Part shown: positions 1 through 9,213 of the stretch, one piece after another
Position numbering within the stretch: the stretch's first letter is position 1
How the letters are laid out: each line of letters opens with the position of its first letter
Virus record (IMG/VR): IMGVR_UViG_3300045988_141143
DNA from: a virus
DNA: 64,000 bases
Reading direction: 5' to 3' (one strand)
Notes under the pieces: model-generated
The model's input: the letters and a program-made list of their open reading frames with translations, nothing else
What the model was told of the DNA's origin: nothing
The model's database searches: none
Made by a program: the position numbers and the translations under genes

Positions 1-70
1 ACTAAGCATATACTATATACTTTTAATTTTTTATATACTTTTGCAATACAAAATACTAATATTATACGTT

Positions 71-361
71 ATGAATAGGATAAAGCAAATACTAAAAGAA
101 CGCAATATTACGCAAAAGGAGTTCGCCGCCCTGCTTGGTATCTCTCCAGTCGGTTTATACCAGCAAATTAAAAAGCCATCTTATCCCACGTTAGAAAAGT
201 GGGCGGCCGTGCTTAATATTCCGATGTGGCAACTTTTCGCCAGCCCTGAAGAGGTTGCAGCCAACACGCAGCAGGAGGGGCAAGGCGTGCGCCTTGTGTG
301 TCCTCATTGCGGAAAACCTTTGCACATTGATTTAGCCAAGAGCGAAGTGTACCAAAATTAA
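71..361 (+). CDS. XRE-family HTH transcriptional regulator with C-terminal CxxC zinc-ribbon
   Basis: HTH 'ITQKEFAALLGISPVGLYQQIKK'; C-terminal 'CPHCG'. The ORF table starts at 41; the ATG at 71 (MNRIKQ) is more plausible. Paralog of 367..711 and 2194..2487. Confidence 0.6.
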   Translation: MNRIKQILKERNITQKEFAALLGISPVGLYQQIKKPSYPTLEKWAAVLNIPMWQLFASPEEVAANTQQEGQGVRLVCPHCGKPLHIDLAKSEVYQN

Positions 362-366
362 AAAAG

Positions 367-711
367 ATGAAATCATACATTAAAGATATACTAACCGAAA
401 AGGGCATTACACAAAAAGAACTCGCCCAGCGCCTCGACGTTAGACAAGCGACGATTTCCGCCGTAATCTCGCGGCCATCGTTTCCAACCTTGGAGCGCAT
501 CGCCGCCGCCTTGGATGTAGAGCCGTGGCAGCTCCTCGCCCCTCCTGCAGTTGTGGAGGAGGTGAAGCAAGCCAGGGCGCAGCGCGAAAGCGGTGTAGGT
601 GGTGCCCTGGTTGGTGTCGTGCGTGTCGGCGGTGAGATCTACACAGCCGACACCGTGCAACAGCTCCGCGCCATCGTGGAGAGGCTGGAGAGAGAAGAAG
701 CAAAGAAGTAA
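367..711 (+). CDS. XRE-family HTH transcriptional regulator (paralog 2)
   Basis: HTH 'ITQKELAQRLDVRQATISAVISRPSFPTLERIAAAL' parallels ORF 71..361. GC-rich 3' half. Confidence 0.6.
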   Translation: MKSYIKDILTEKGITQKELAQRLDVRQATISAVISRPSFPTLERIAAALDVEPWQLLAPPAVVEEVKQARAQRESGVGGALVGVVRVGGEIYTADTVQQLRAIVERLEREEAKK

Positions 712-724
712 AAAACAAAAAAAA

Positions 725-752
725 TCCCGACAGGGTGCAAACCTTGTCGGGA
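725..752. terminator. Bidirectional rho-independent terminator hairpin
   Basis: 11-bp stem tcccgacaggg/ccttgtcggga (one G.U) with a 6-nt loop. A-run upstream and T-run on the opposite strand. Sits between convergent genes 367..711(+) and 797..1204(-). Confidence 0.5.
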
Positions 753-796
753 AAACTTCGGCTAATTTCCTAAGCTGTCAAACAAATAAAACTAAC

Positions 797-1204
797 CTAA
801 AGTATAACGGCCGCCGCCAACTCACGGGCAAAACGGTGCAAAGCGTTTATAATTTTCTCTTTCTGTGCCTGTCGCGGTTTCTTGCGTCCGTGCATATAGG
901 CCCATAGTTGTTTTTGATTTATCCCCGTGATACGCTCCATACCTGCAAGAGATATAAAACTACCGTAATAATACAAAAAGCTTTCGGTATCATACCGCCA
1001 TATAATTGTATATTCGCCAGCCTTCAGAGGTTCGGGCCAGTCCTCGCGCGGCATGTTCTTTTTTATTAACTCGATAGCTCGCACGGTGTCGGCCTTGCAT
1101 GCTTCCACGGTGTCACCAGCCGCCCAAATTCCGGGGCAATTCTCAGAGCATGCGCCGAAACTGTCGGCACTTGCAGAAATAAGCATTATAATTTCGTTTG
1201 CCAT
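797..1204 (-). CDS. hicB: HicB-family antitoxin
   Basis: N-terminal HicB-like segment ('YTIIWRYDTESFLYYYG') and C-terminal DNA-binding tail ('QKQLWAYMHGRKKP...'). Lies immediately downstream of a hicA-like gene. Confidence 0.5.
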   Translation of the reverse strand: MANEIIMLISASADSFGACSENCPGIWAAGDTVEACKADTVRAIELIKKNMPREDWPEPLKAGEYTIIWRYDTESFLYYYGSFISLAGMERITGINQKQLWAYMHGRKKPRQAQKEKIINALHRFARELAAAVIL

Positions 1205-1233
1205 ATCCTTATATATATTATTTCGTTTGTTAT

Positions 1234-1267
1234 GAAAGAGGAAAGGGGCGCGCCCCTTTCCTCTTTC
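1234..1267. promoter_or_regulatory. 34-nt perfect palindrome between hicA and hicB
   Basis: gaaagaggaaaggggcgcgcccctttcctctttc is its own reverse complement. It lies between the hicA stop (1273) and the hicB start (1204). Confidence 0.6.
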
Positions 1268-1272
1268 TTCTG

Positions 1273-1451
1273 CTAAATTCCAATCGCTCGCGCTATGCTC
1301 CGCCGTAACGGCTCGGGCACCTCCTTTGCCCCATGAAAGGGGACAGGGGCGAGAGCTTTCCGCCCTTGGTGTAAAAGTAGTGCGAGCCTTCGGCGTGGTC
1401 GAACTTCCAGCCCTTGGCCTTGATTCTTCGGTGAAATTCTGTGTACTTCAT
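1273..1451 (-). pseudogene. hicA: HicA-family toxin interrupted by a 1-nt frameshift
   Basis: N-terminus 'MKYTEFHRRIKAKGWKFDHAEGSHYFYTKG' matches HicA. The conserved C-terminus 'GRKALAPVPFHGAKEVPEPLRRSIARAIGI*' is in the +1 frame, starting at AAGGGCGGAAAG (~1355). Frame 0 gives a non-homologous tail that stops at 1293. Confidence 0.6.
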
Positions 1452-1569
1452 TGCTTTATATGTTTTATTTGTTTGACGTTGCAAAGGTAGTAAAATTTCT
1501 ACCTTTTACCAAATATTTTTGCAATTATTTTTGCTTTCGTCATTATTTTTTTCTTTTCACCTTATTATA

Positions 1570-1800
1570 TAGGCGCACGGCTGCACCTCTGCGCCATCGT
1601 CGAGAGGCTGGAGCAGGGCAGCACACCACCACCGCGGACTACTTCGCCACCGTTCAGGCATCCACAGCAGCCACCGACGAGCAACAGCACACACGACCGC
1701 CACACCCTCGCCCCGTCTGGTATGCCTCACGCCCTGAGCTGCGCACCCTCTCCCCATCCAGGGCGCACCCTCTACCGCCTGAGTGCGTCCGCATATATGA
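1570..1800. other. GC-rich remnant containing a 22/23-nt copy of the 3' end of regulator gene 367..711
   Basis: 1591-1613 'gcgccatcgtcgagaggctggag' versus 668-690 'gcgccatcgtggagaggctggag'. About 65% GC island in an AT-rich non-coding stretch. It translates to '..RLHLCAIVERLE..' without a proper start. Confidence 0.3.
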
Positions 1801-2193
1801 TAAGTTTTAGCTAAATCGGGTGCACGCAAGGCTCTCCAGTGCGGCGGCGCTCTCGCCTGTGAATCGAAGTTGCAAGGGAAGTTTGCAGGATGCGATTGCT
1901 CTAATTATCAATTATTTAGGTGTTCCTCTTGGGATGGCTTTTACAGGAGTGATTTTTAGTTAAGACATTGATTATTAACTATTTATAGGGGTAAAATAAT
2001 AATTCAGATACAACAAAAAAAATAGATAATATGCCTCTATTTTTACAAAAAAATACAAAAGAAAACTCTGCGAACAGATAAAACTATACTCTTTTGAACA
2101 GAAATAAACGTATATAATAATTATTTTTCAGAAAAACTTGCAAAATACAAATATATGTATTAACTTTGCAGCCAAAACAATACTAATATAAAC

Positions 2194-2487
2194 ATGAGAA
2201 CGAAAATAGACATTCGTCGCGCCATAAAAGAGCGCGGTTACACCATTACGTCTTTCTGTCAGAAGTTCGACCTAAAGACGCAGAACATCATTCAGAATTA
2301 CATCAAAGGCAACCCTACAATAAAACGTTTGGAAGACCTTTGCGAGAAACTGGATTGCGACATCACTGATTTGTTCTATCCAATAGGCGATTCGAGCGAT
2401 GCACAGTCTACTATCAACACCACCGCTTTATGTCCTCATTGTGGTGCAAAGGTTCGGGTCGGTGTGGTGCTCCTGCCCGAAGAATAA
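2194..2487 (+). CDS. XRE-family HTH regulator with C-terminal zinc-ribbon (paralog 3)
   Basis: HTH-like 'YTITSFCQKFDLKTQNIIQNYIKG'; C-terminal 'CPHCGAKV' as in ORF 71..361. Confidence 0.55.
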   Translation: MRTKIDIRRAIKERGYTITSFCQKFDLKTQNIIQNYIKGNPTIKRLEDLCEKLDCDITDLFYPIGDSSDAQSTINTTALCPHCGAKVRVGVVLLPEE

Positions 2488-2557
2488 GAAAATCCCACGG
2501 CAAGTCTTTTTGTGCATGCCGTGGGAAATGTTAAGGCTTTTGTGTGCAAGCCAGCCT

Positions 2558-3001
2558 TTAAGACTCCAGCTCGCCGCCAGGTTTCTGACCGCCGCCTTCA
2601 GTGGTGGAGCCGCCGGGCTTCACGCCACCCGTGAGGTCGTTGCCGGCAAGGATGACCTTGAGGTCATCGGTGACGAGGGAGCGCATGTAGCTGTAGGGGT
2701 TGCCGATTTTGTGCTGCGCCTTGTAGGCCTTCATCACGGCGAGGTAAGCCTCCGTGCCCTTGGCCGACGTAGCCGACGGGCGGTTCTGCTTCCACCAAGA
2801 GGAGGCGAACTGCGATTTCTTCGTAAACGAAGATTTCACCGTCTGCTGTTTCTCACTGTTCGGCTGCACGCATCCGTGATAGCCAGCCGAATACATCTTA
2901 CCCGTGCGTTTGTTGACACCAATATAAGTAGTGTCCTTTTTGCACAGTTTGCCACTAATGGAACTAACCAAGTGGCTTGGAACAATCTTTGCCATACGCA
3001 A
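2558..3001 (-). CDS. Hypothetical protein with a Gly-rich C-terminal tail shared with the HU-like protein at 24288..24839
   Basis: C-terminus 'GGSTTEGGGQKPGGELES' versus 'GGGEQKPGGNPPEIES' of ORF 24288..24839. The overlapping plus-strand ORF 2399..3004 has antisense-like composition. Confidence 0.4.
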   Translation of the reverse strand: MRMAKIVPSHLVSSISGKLCKKDTTYIGVNKRTGKMYSAGYHGCVQPNSEKQQTVKSSFTKKSQFASSWWKQNRPSATSAKGTEAYLAVMKAYKAQHKIGNPYSYMRSLVTDDLKVILAGNDLTGGVKPGGSTTEGGGQKPGGELES

Positions 3002-3173
3002 TAAATTTTTCCGTGAAACATTGTCCCTAAAAAGGGGCGTTAATACACTCAGAGCAAGTCTACTGAAAGTCTACTGAAAGTTCACTGACGTTGCTCATAG
3101 TGTAAAGGTACGAAAAACGTGCGTGAAACATCGGACATAAAAAATAATTACTAACTAAAATAACAGATTTATT

Positions 3174-3758
3174 ATGAAGAAAATTTTCAGTTTTTTGCTC
3201 ATGTTAGCCATGATGCTTGCCATGGGCGCGAGTGTAGCGAGCTGTAGCAGTAGCAGTGACGATGAAGGTGGAGAAAAAAATCCTCCAGAAGAAGAGTATG
3301 TCGCAAAAGAAAGCAAGTTTTGCGATGCCTTGAGAAAATTCAAGGTATCAGGGTTTGACTACCATCAATACCAATATGTCAGTAAATTCTCGCTGCATAG
3401 CGAGGCTCGCAGTGGAATAGATGCCACCGACCGATGGGAGATTGGAATGTATATAGCAAACGACCCAGGTCTGGATAAGTGGGACGGCACATACCAGTTA
3501 GACCAACTTTGGGGTACGCTCTACGGCTTTGAAAATGGGTACGAGGTGACAAAGGCATATTTAGGTACGGAAGATACTCTCCCAGTGAAAGGAGCATGGA
3601 TAAAATTCACCTACTTGCACAAAAACGACAAATACGGCAACAAGATATACACCATAGAGCTGCATATCGACGAAATGAAGGAGAAAAACGGCGACTACGC
3701 ACGCGACATCAACATCACATATACTGGTTCGATTAGTGGCGGCATGATAGAATATTAA
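3174..3758 (+). CDS. Lipoprotein (signal peptide + lipobox)
   Basis: N-terminus 'MKKIFSFLLMLAMMLAMGASVASC' followed by a Ser/Asp/Glu-rich linker. Confidence 0.55.
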   Translation: MKKIFSFLLMLAMMLAMGASVASCSSSSDDEGGEKNPPEEEYVAKESKFCDALRKFKVSGFDYHQYQYVSKFSLHSEARSGIDATDRWEIGMYIANDPGLDKWDGTYQLDQLWGTLYGFENGYEVTKAYLGTEDTLPVKGAWIKFTYLHKNDKYGNKIYTIELHIDEMKEKNGDYARDINITYTGSISGGMIEY

Positions 3759-3994
3759 AGATATATGGGTGAAAGTTTGCATGTTTCGCAAACTTTGCTT
3801 ACCTTTGCAGTGCTATAATGTGACTCGAAGTTTCAAATAGAGAGTCATAATCTAAAATTAAAAGTATGGATCCCTGCTATTCGTGAGAATGGCAGGGATT
3901 GTTATATGTTTTTTCTTGAAACGACCAAATTTTTTCGTTTCCAATTATTTCCTAAGAAATAAAAGGAAATAAATGGAAACGAGTTCTGCCCCAA

Positions 3995-4276
3995 TCAACA
4001 GAGCACGACAATATGATTCATCTTCAAGATATAAGCAAAGATGAAATAGTTGATGATGCTTCCCAGGATGATGACGAGGGTGTATCGCACAATATCCTCC
4101 CACTCGAACTTTGCCAAATGATAGTGTTTGTATTGATATACCTCTCTACATATCATTACAGGCAAAGCAAGCGGACCTACAAATATACTGACAAACAGCC
4201 AACAGGCGAGACCGATGAGGTCGCGCTTGTTGAGGGTGATGAGGTTTCGGAGAAATGTCTTCATACGCAGAGCCAA
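3995..4276 (-). CDS. Small membrane protein
   Basis: Two hydrophobic helices. Overlaps the end of the upstream membrane-protein ORF and may be one gene split by a frame change. Confidence 0.3.
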   Translation of the reverse strand: MALRMKTFLRNLITLNKRDLIGLACWLFVSIFVGPLALPVMICREVYQYKHYHLAKFEWEDIVRYTLVIILGSIINYFIFAYILKMNHIVVLC

Positions 4277-4788
4277 TAGGTGAAATATACGTCAATGAAG
4301 CCCGCCATCTCTGCCCAATACCAGGGTTTGTAGAATGATGCCCTGCGGTCGAAGATGTAGAGGCAGAGAAGGTACTCTGCCAGTACGATGAGTGTCATCA
4401 TCCAGCATACGGACAGACTCCAACCTACACATCCTATGGCGGCTACGATGGCTCCTCCCTTATGGACAGGGTAGGCGTCGGCATCGAGATAGTTGGGTGC
4501 CGCACCGACAAAGAGCAGTCCTGCGCAACCTATGAAGGCGAGGCACTGAATGCCCTTGCCCGTGTCGAGCATACATATCATCATGGCGATGGCTGTGAAG
4601 AACATGATAAAGGTGAAGAGAAGTCCATAGTTGTGCTTCGTCTTGTTGCCTATCACCTCGCTGCCCGTGCAGTTTTGCAACTGATAGTAAATGTCGCTTA
4701 TCATGTCGGGTGCTCCGAAGCGCATAAACGACAGAAGAAGGAATCCTCCAAGCAGGAGGAATGAGATAATACTTAATATACACATCAT
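4261..4788 (-). CDS. Multi-pass membrane protein
   Basis: Four to five hydrophobic segments. No recognisable catalytic motif. Confidence 0.45.
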   Translation of the reverse strand: MMCILSIISFLLLGGFLLLSFMRFGAPDMISDIYYQLQNCTGSEVIGNKTKHNYGLLFTFIMFFTAIAMMICMLDTGKGIQCLAFIGCAGLLFVGAAPNYLDADAYPVHKGGAIVAAIGCVGWSLSVCWMMTLIVLAEYLLCLYIFDRRASFYKPWYWAEMAGFIDVYFTYWLCV

Positions 4789-4880
4789 AATCTTTTTATA
4801 TTAATGGGTTTTGGGAATACTGACCATTTTCGTGAGGTCACGAATATGGTTATCATTTTCCCGGCATCAGGAAAATGATA

Positions 4881-5399
4881 TTATACACTCATCTCAAGCA
4901 TCTTCGGGTAGCCTGCCTTGTAGTCGTAGGCTTCCACCTCCTCGATGGTCGTCAGCTGACTGACTGCTTGCTTATGGCTCGCCGTAACGTTAAAACACTC
5001 GTAAGCATAGTTTTCGATGCTTCGCATGAGTACTTCGGCTTGCGCACATGGCATAGTAAAAGATACACCTTTTAGCCATATAGCGATATTTTCCTCGCCA
5101 AGCGCAAACTTGTCAGCAATATTCTGTCGTAAGTCCATGCGCTTTTCGACGTTAGGAGAATTAGTGTCATCCTTGTTCCATGAAATAAGCATACCGTTTA
5201 AAATAAAGCCGTTTACCTTGTCTGAGGTGTCGTAGGCTGTTATCTCTTCCTCCTTCTTTGAGATGGCATAAGCCAATTCTGCCGCCTTTACTCTTTCATC
5301 GAATTTAGCGTAAGCAGCCTTCACCTCGTCCTCATCGAATAGCGATGTCGGGATGCTACATTCATAACACCGATAAGCTCCTATCTCGCTATCCAACAC
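4881..5399 (-). CDS. Tail-fibre assembly/chaperone-like protein (paralog A)
   Basis: C-terminal ~60 aa ('ENYAYECFNVTASHKQAVSQLTTIEEVEAYDYKAGYPKML') is homologous to the C-terminus of ORF 5974..6519. Lies downstream of the tail-fibre gene. Confidence 0.4.
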   Translation of the reverse strand: MLDSEIGAYRCYECSIPTSLFDEDEVKAAYAKFDERVKAAELAYAISKKEEEITAYDTSDKVNGFILNGMLISWNKDDTNSPNVEKRMDLRQNIADKFALGEENIAIWLKGVSFTMPCAQAEVLMRSIENYAYECFNVTASHKQAVSQLTTIEEVEAYDYKAGYPKMLEMSV

Positions 5400-5559
5400 C
5401 TCGCCAAGATGGTAGATGGTGATTGTTTCACTCTTGTCTGAACTACCGATTTCATATTTTTTTTAAAACTGGTCAGCAGGAATAATCGTACTGACAAACG
5501 AAATTGTTTTTTTCATAATTTTACCTTTCTTTTAAAGTTACTTTTTATTCTACTCTCTC

Positions 5560-5961
5560 TCAAAGAGGCAAATAGGTCAGCAAGCGTAGACAGGCAGAAA
5601 ACGAGTAGGCGACGGGCTTTCTGTTGGTGCCAATCTGATACGCGCAGTAAACAACAAACGTGGCACTACCCTGCGTTGAAGTCCATCTAATGGTTTTCTT
5701 AACGAAAGTTTCATAGGCTGTGGCAGTGCTTGCATCAAACAATTCCGTCAGAATTTCCTTGATAGTCTCAAGGTTAGCTACATGTACTAATTCCTGTCCT
5801 ATCGACATAATGAAACCACGCTGTTCTTCACCACCTAACGTAAGAATTGTGTTATATGCGTAGTCAAAGGCTGGCAAGGGGAAAGCCTGCGCTTGTCCCT
5901 CCACCATCTTCATCACTGGTATTCGCAGCGTGAAGTCGTTACCTTTAACGATTTTCTTCAT
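5560..5961 (-). CDS. Hypothetical protein
   Basis: Intact ORF between the two chaperone-like paralogs. Coding-like composition. Confidence 0.4.
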   Translation of the reverse strand: MKKIVKGNDFTLRIPVMKMVEGQAQAFPLPAFDYAYNTILTLGGEEQRGFIMSIGQELVHVANLETIKEILTELFDASTATAYETFVKKTIRWTSTQGSATFVVYCAYQIGTNRKPVAYSFSACLRLLTYLPL

Positions 5962-5973
5962 ATAGCTATAAAA

Positions 5974-6519
5974 TTAAATTGTTAGTCGTACTTTTTCGGG
6001 ATAACCTGCCGTAATATCATAAGCTATCAATGAGTCTATCGTCTGTAACTCCGCAACCTTATCAAGATGGGTCTGCGTAACATTGTAGCAGTCTTTGGCG
6101 TAGACCTCTATCTTGCTGATAAGGTCTTGAGCTGTGTCAATAGGCAGGGTATAACACTCACCGTCGAGCCACAGGGTCGTTTCCGTTCTCCCCATTCGTC
6201 TCAGTCGCTCGTTGCCCTGATACACTCTGTCTCTTGTCTCGAAGTCGAGCCAGTGAGCCTCGTCGTTGAGATAAAACGTATTCACCTCTGCGCTCTTATC
6301 GTACTCCGTTATCTGCTCGATGCACTTGATTCTCAGAGCCTCTGTCAGCTGTTCTTCTGTGGGCACCTCATCGGTATTCATACCGAGCAGCACGCAGTCA
6401 TACAGATACTCACCGTCTTCAGTCTTGCGTTCGTTCACAGCAAGACGCACCTCATTATTTTTCCATGTCGCAACCTTCGTTTCCAAAGGCGTAGCATACA
6501 ATTCCTTATATGTTATCAT
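5974..6519 (-). CDS. Tail-fibre assembly/chaperone-like protein (paralog B)
   Basis: 'EVYAKDCYNVTQTHLDKVAELQTIDSLIAYDITAGYPEKV' parallels paralog A. Starts 7 nt after the tail-fibre stop. Confidence 0.4.
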   Translation of the reverse strand: MITYKELYATPLETKVATWKNNEVRLAVNERKTEDGEYLYDCVLLGMNTDEVPTEEQLTEALRIKCIEQITEYDKSAEVNTFYLNDEAHWLDFETRDRVYQGNERLRRMGRTETTLWLDGECYTLPIDTAQDLISKIEVYAKDCYNVTQTHLDKVAELQTIDSLIAYDITAGYPEKVRLTI

Positions 6520-6525
6520 ATTCGT

Positions 6526-9168
6526 TTAGTAATTATTGTTGCTCATTATTCCTACGTCAAGATTACCGAAAGTGGTTTCTGTCTGTATCGAATAGATTCT
6601 TCCATACCCTGCGAGTGTCATGTACTTAGCGCCGAAGGTGGCTATCTGTACATAGAAGGATGGCCTTGTCACGCTCTGCCCCTTCTTGATGGCAGGCACC
6701 AGCTTTGTGTTGTCGTAGGCCGTGGCATCCCCAGTAAGGAACACGCCATCCGCAAGATTTGTCAGCGCACCATTCTTCACCATTGTGCGGCTCGTAAAAG
6801 TCCTTCCGTCGGCTGCACTCGCAAGGTCGTAAGTACCCAATCCGTTTGCCGAGTCGGCTACTATCTTTCCGTTCACTCTTGGCGCTGAGTAACGATACAG
6901 GGTTGTCGTTTTGCCCGTCGCACCCTTAACGAAAAGAATGTAGTTGTTATCCTTCGTTGCCGTGTACCACGACTTGGTGGTATCAACCCACGGTAGGTCT
7001 ACATTCTCTCCGAGCGGAGTCGTCAGTCCTGCGTCCTCTGCTTTGATATATTGCGCAGAAGTTATCTTCGCGTCGGTCTTGCTTAGCGAGGCGATACCAG
7101 CAGGGCCGAGGTCATAGAGAAAGTTTCCGTTGTCGTCGTAGTACGACAGCACGGCCTGTCCCGAACTGTTCAGACCGAAGCGGATGTTTGCAGTTCCTGC
7201 CTTGCCGTAGATATTGATAAGGCCATCGGCTATCCTTACCATCTGTCCGTTGTGTCCTTGGGATGTAAGCATCTGCGCCAGTATCAGAGCCGCATTGATG
7301 GCTCCGTCTTTAAAGAGAGCGGCTGTCGTTGTCTGACCGGTAGAGAGCGTGTTCTCCACCTTGATTTTCTCGCCATACAGAGTTACTCCTCTCGACGTAA
7401 TCTCAAGTCCTGCCGCCTTTGCTGTGGCTCTGTCGATGAGGTCGGTCTTCCGTTCTGTATAATCAGTAAGTTGTGCGCCTTCCTCCAGTTTCGGCTTTGT
7501 CACCCAAGCCTCAGTATCGCCTGGAACACGTATCAGCACCTTGTCTGGGATTACCTCTGCTCCCTCGCCAGTATAGTCCTCTATTCGCCAATGCACCCAG
7601 TACCGCTTATAGGTCGAGGTGAGTGCGAGCTGTGCGTATCCGTCAGCCCAGCCGTCCGTATATTCGTTTCCTTCGCAGGTTTCTGTATATACATTTGCAT
7701 GAACGCTGTCTCCATAGAGAAAGACGTTGATGTTTCCGCTGCCCTTGGCAACGAAGGAGAACACATAGTCCTGATTCTTTACTATTCTCGCCTGCCCAGA
7801 AAGGGTAGCTGTTGTTGGAAATTTATATTGCAAGACTTCTGTGTACTGAGACTCTGCCGAGTTGTTTTTGTTGTACAATATACCGTAGCAGCCTTCGTAT
7901 TTTCCAAACATAATCAGTCCACTGGCAAGCTGGAGATTGCTTTTGTCAGACGATCTGGTCAGTGTCATCGTGTCCTCCATAAGGTTTCCTCCCACATAGT
8001 CGTAGTCCGTTTCCGCAGGAGTCCAGCCTGTGTACTCGCTTCCTTCTTCAAGCATTGGCATACATATCCATCCGTTGCCCGAGGCAGTATAACCAAAGGT
8101 TCCGTCCACGGTTATGCCATTGTAGACAAAGATATTCACCTCGATAAACTCTGCGTTGCTCGTATTGAAGGTGTAGTTCACCTGCCTCCACTGATTCACC
8201 TCGTTCTCCTTTGTCAGCCCGTACATGTTACCCGAGGTGGCAGTAATTCTGTCCCCTCTATCGCCATTCAGCGCAGCCATTTTGAACACCTCCGATATAA
8301 CCTGTAAGTCCTTCGTGTCGCACTTTATCCATGCCGAGAAAGTGTAGTCTGTATTCTTCTTCACAGCGATGCCGTTGACGGCCTGTCCCCAGAAAAGACC
8401 CTTGTACTGAGGCGTTCCGTTACCCGTCACCGAGAAGCGGATGGCATTATGGCCGTTTACGCCCTGTGTTATCGTAGGCTGGAAGATGCCGTTCATATAA
8501 TATATATCACCCTTCCTCGTCAGTGACGTATCTCGCAGTAGGTTATGCCGTCCTTGCTGGCTCTGAGTCACACTGAGAGTAATCTCCTTTGCTGTCTGCT
8601 TGATAGTAGATGTGTAGGCTTTGAGAACGGTAGGATTGCTTCCTTTGAGGTCGTTCTCCAATGCCTTAAATTGCGACTGATACTGCTTTGCCGTAGCCTT
8701 TACACTACCCATATACTTCGACACGTTCACCGAGAATGGAACTTGCGCAAAATAGAGAACACCAGTGTAAACAAATTGTGCGACCGCATAGCCTGATGTT
8801 GCAGAAACCTGTCCTTGATTTACCCCGTCAACAATTACATCGTTCTTTGCAATATTACTGCCTGATACAGATACTTCGATATATCCATCCTTCTGTGTTG
8901 CACTACATTTGCAATTTACACACAAATCATCCCTTGAGTTAATATTGCTGCATTCATTAGAGATATTCAGGTTACCCTTCATTATCTTTACCTTCGCAAC
9001 CTTTGATATGCTAACAGGTACAATTCCACTATCATCTGTGTCAAAAACGAGCGGAGCGTCTTCGACAATAATAGAAACGGCATCCTTGCCAGGCTTGCCT
9101 TGCGGGCCTGGCGCACCATCCTTTATCGCCGCTATCGTTATCTGGCCCCTCGCCAATAATACTGCCAT
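6526..9168 (-). CDS. Tail fibre / receptor-binding protein (880 aa)
   Basis: N-terminus 'MAVLLARGQITIAAIKDGAPGPQGKPGKDA' carries a collagen-like GxxGxxG segment and an anchor motif shared with ORF 9214..10257. Long Ser/Thr/Asn/Gly-rich beta-rich body. Confidence 0.6.
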   Translation of the reverse strand: MAVLLARGQITIAAIKDGAPGPQGKPGKDAVSIIVEDAPLVFDTDDSGIVPVSISKVAKVKIMKGNLNISNECSNINSRDDLCVNCKCSATQKDGYIEVSVSGSNIAKNDVIVDGVNQGQVSATSGYAVAQFVYTGVLYFAQVPFSVNVSKYMGSVKATAKQYQSQFKALENDLKGSNPTVLKAYTSTIKQTAKEITLSVTQSQQGRHNLLRDTSLTRKGDIYYMNGIFQPTITQGVNGHNAIRFSVTGNGTPQYKGLFWGQAVNGIAVKKNTDYTFSAWIKCDTKDLQVISEVFKMAALNGDRGDRITATSGNMYGLTKENEVNQWRQVNYTFNTSNAEFIEVNIFVYNGITVDGTFGYTASGNGWICMPMLEEGSEYTGWTPAETDYDYVGGNLMEDTMTLTRSSDKSNLQLASGLIMFGKYEGCYGILYNKNNSAESQYTEVLQYKFPTTATLSGQARIVKNQDYVFSFVAKGSGNINVFLYGDSVHANVYTETCEGNEYTDGWADGYAQLALTSTYKRYWVHWRIEDYTGEGAEVIPDKVLIRVPGDTEAWVTKPKLEEGAQLTDYTERKTDLIDRATAKAAGLEITSRGVTLYGEKIKVENTLSTGQTTTAALFKDGAINAALILAQMLTSQGHNGQMVRIADGLINIYGKAGTANIRFGLNSSGQAVLSYYDDNGNFLYDLGPAGIASLSKTDAKITSAQYIKAEDAGLTTPLGENVDLPWVDTTKSWYTATKDNNYILFVKGATGKTTTLYRYSAPRVNGKIVADSANGLGTYDLASAADGRTFTSRTMVKNGALTNLADGVFLTGDATAYDNTKLVPAIKKGQSVTRPSFYVQIATFGAKYMTLAGYGRIYSIQTETTFGNLDVGIMSNNNY

Positions 9169-9213
9169 ACTCTTTCATTTTTTTTATTAATAAAAAATAA
9201 GGGTGAGGTGCCC

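Noticed and set aside
2399-3004. 201-aa plus-strand ORF overlapping the minus-strand gene 2558..3001
   Set aside because: Arg/Leu-rich antisense-like product. The minus-strand protein shares a specific C-terminal tail with another gene in the window.
6067-8307. Long plus-strand ORFs 6067..6888 and 7252..8307 overlapping the tail-fibre gene
   Set aside because: Cys/Leu/His/Arg-rich, low-complexity products typical of antisense shadows. The minus-strand 880-aa ORF has coherent fibre-like features.
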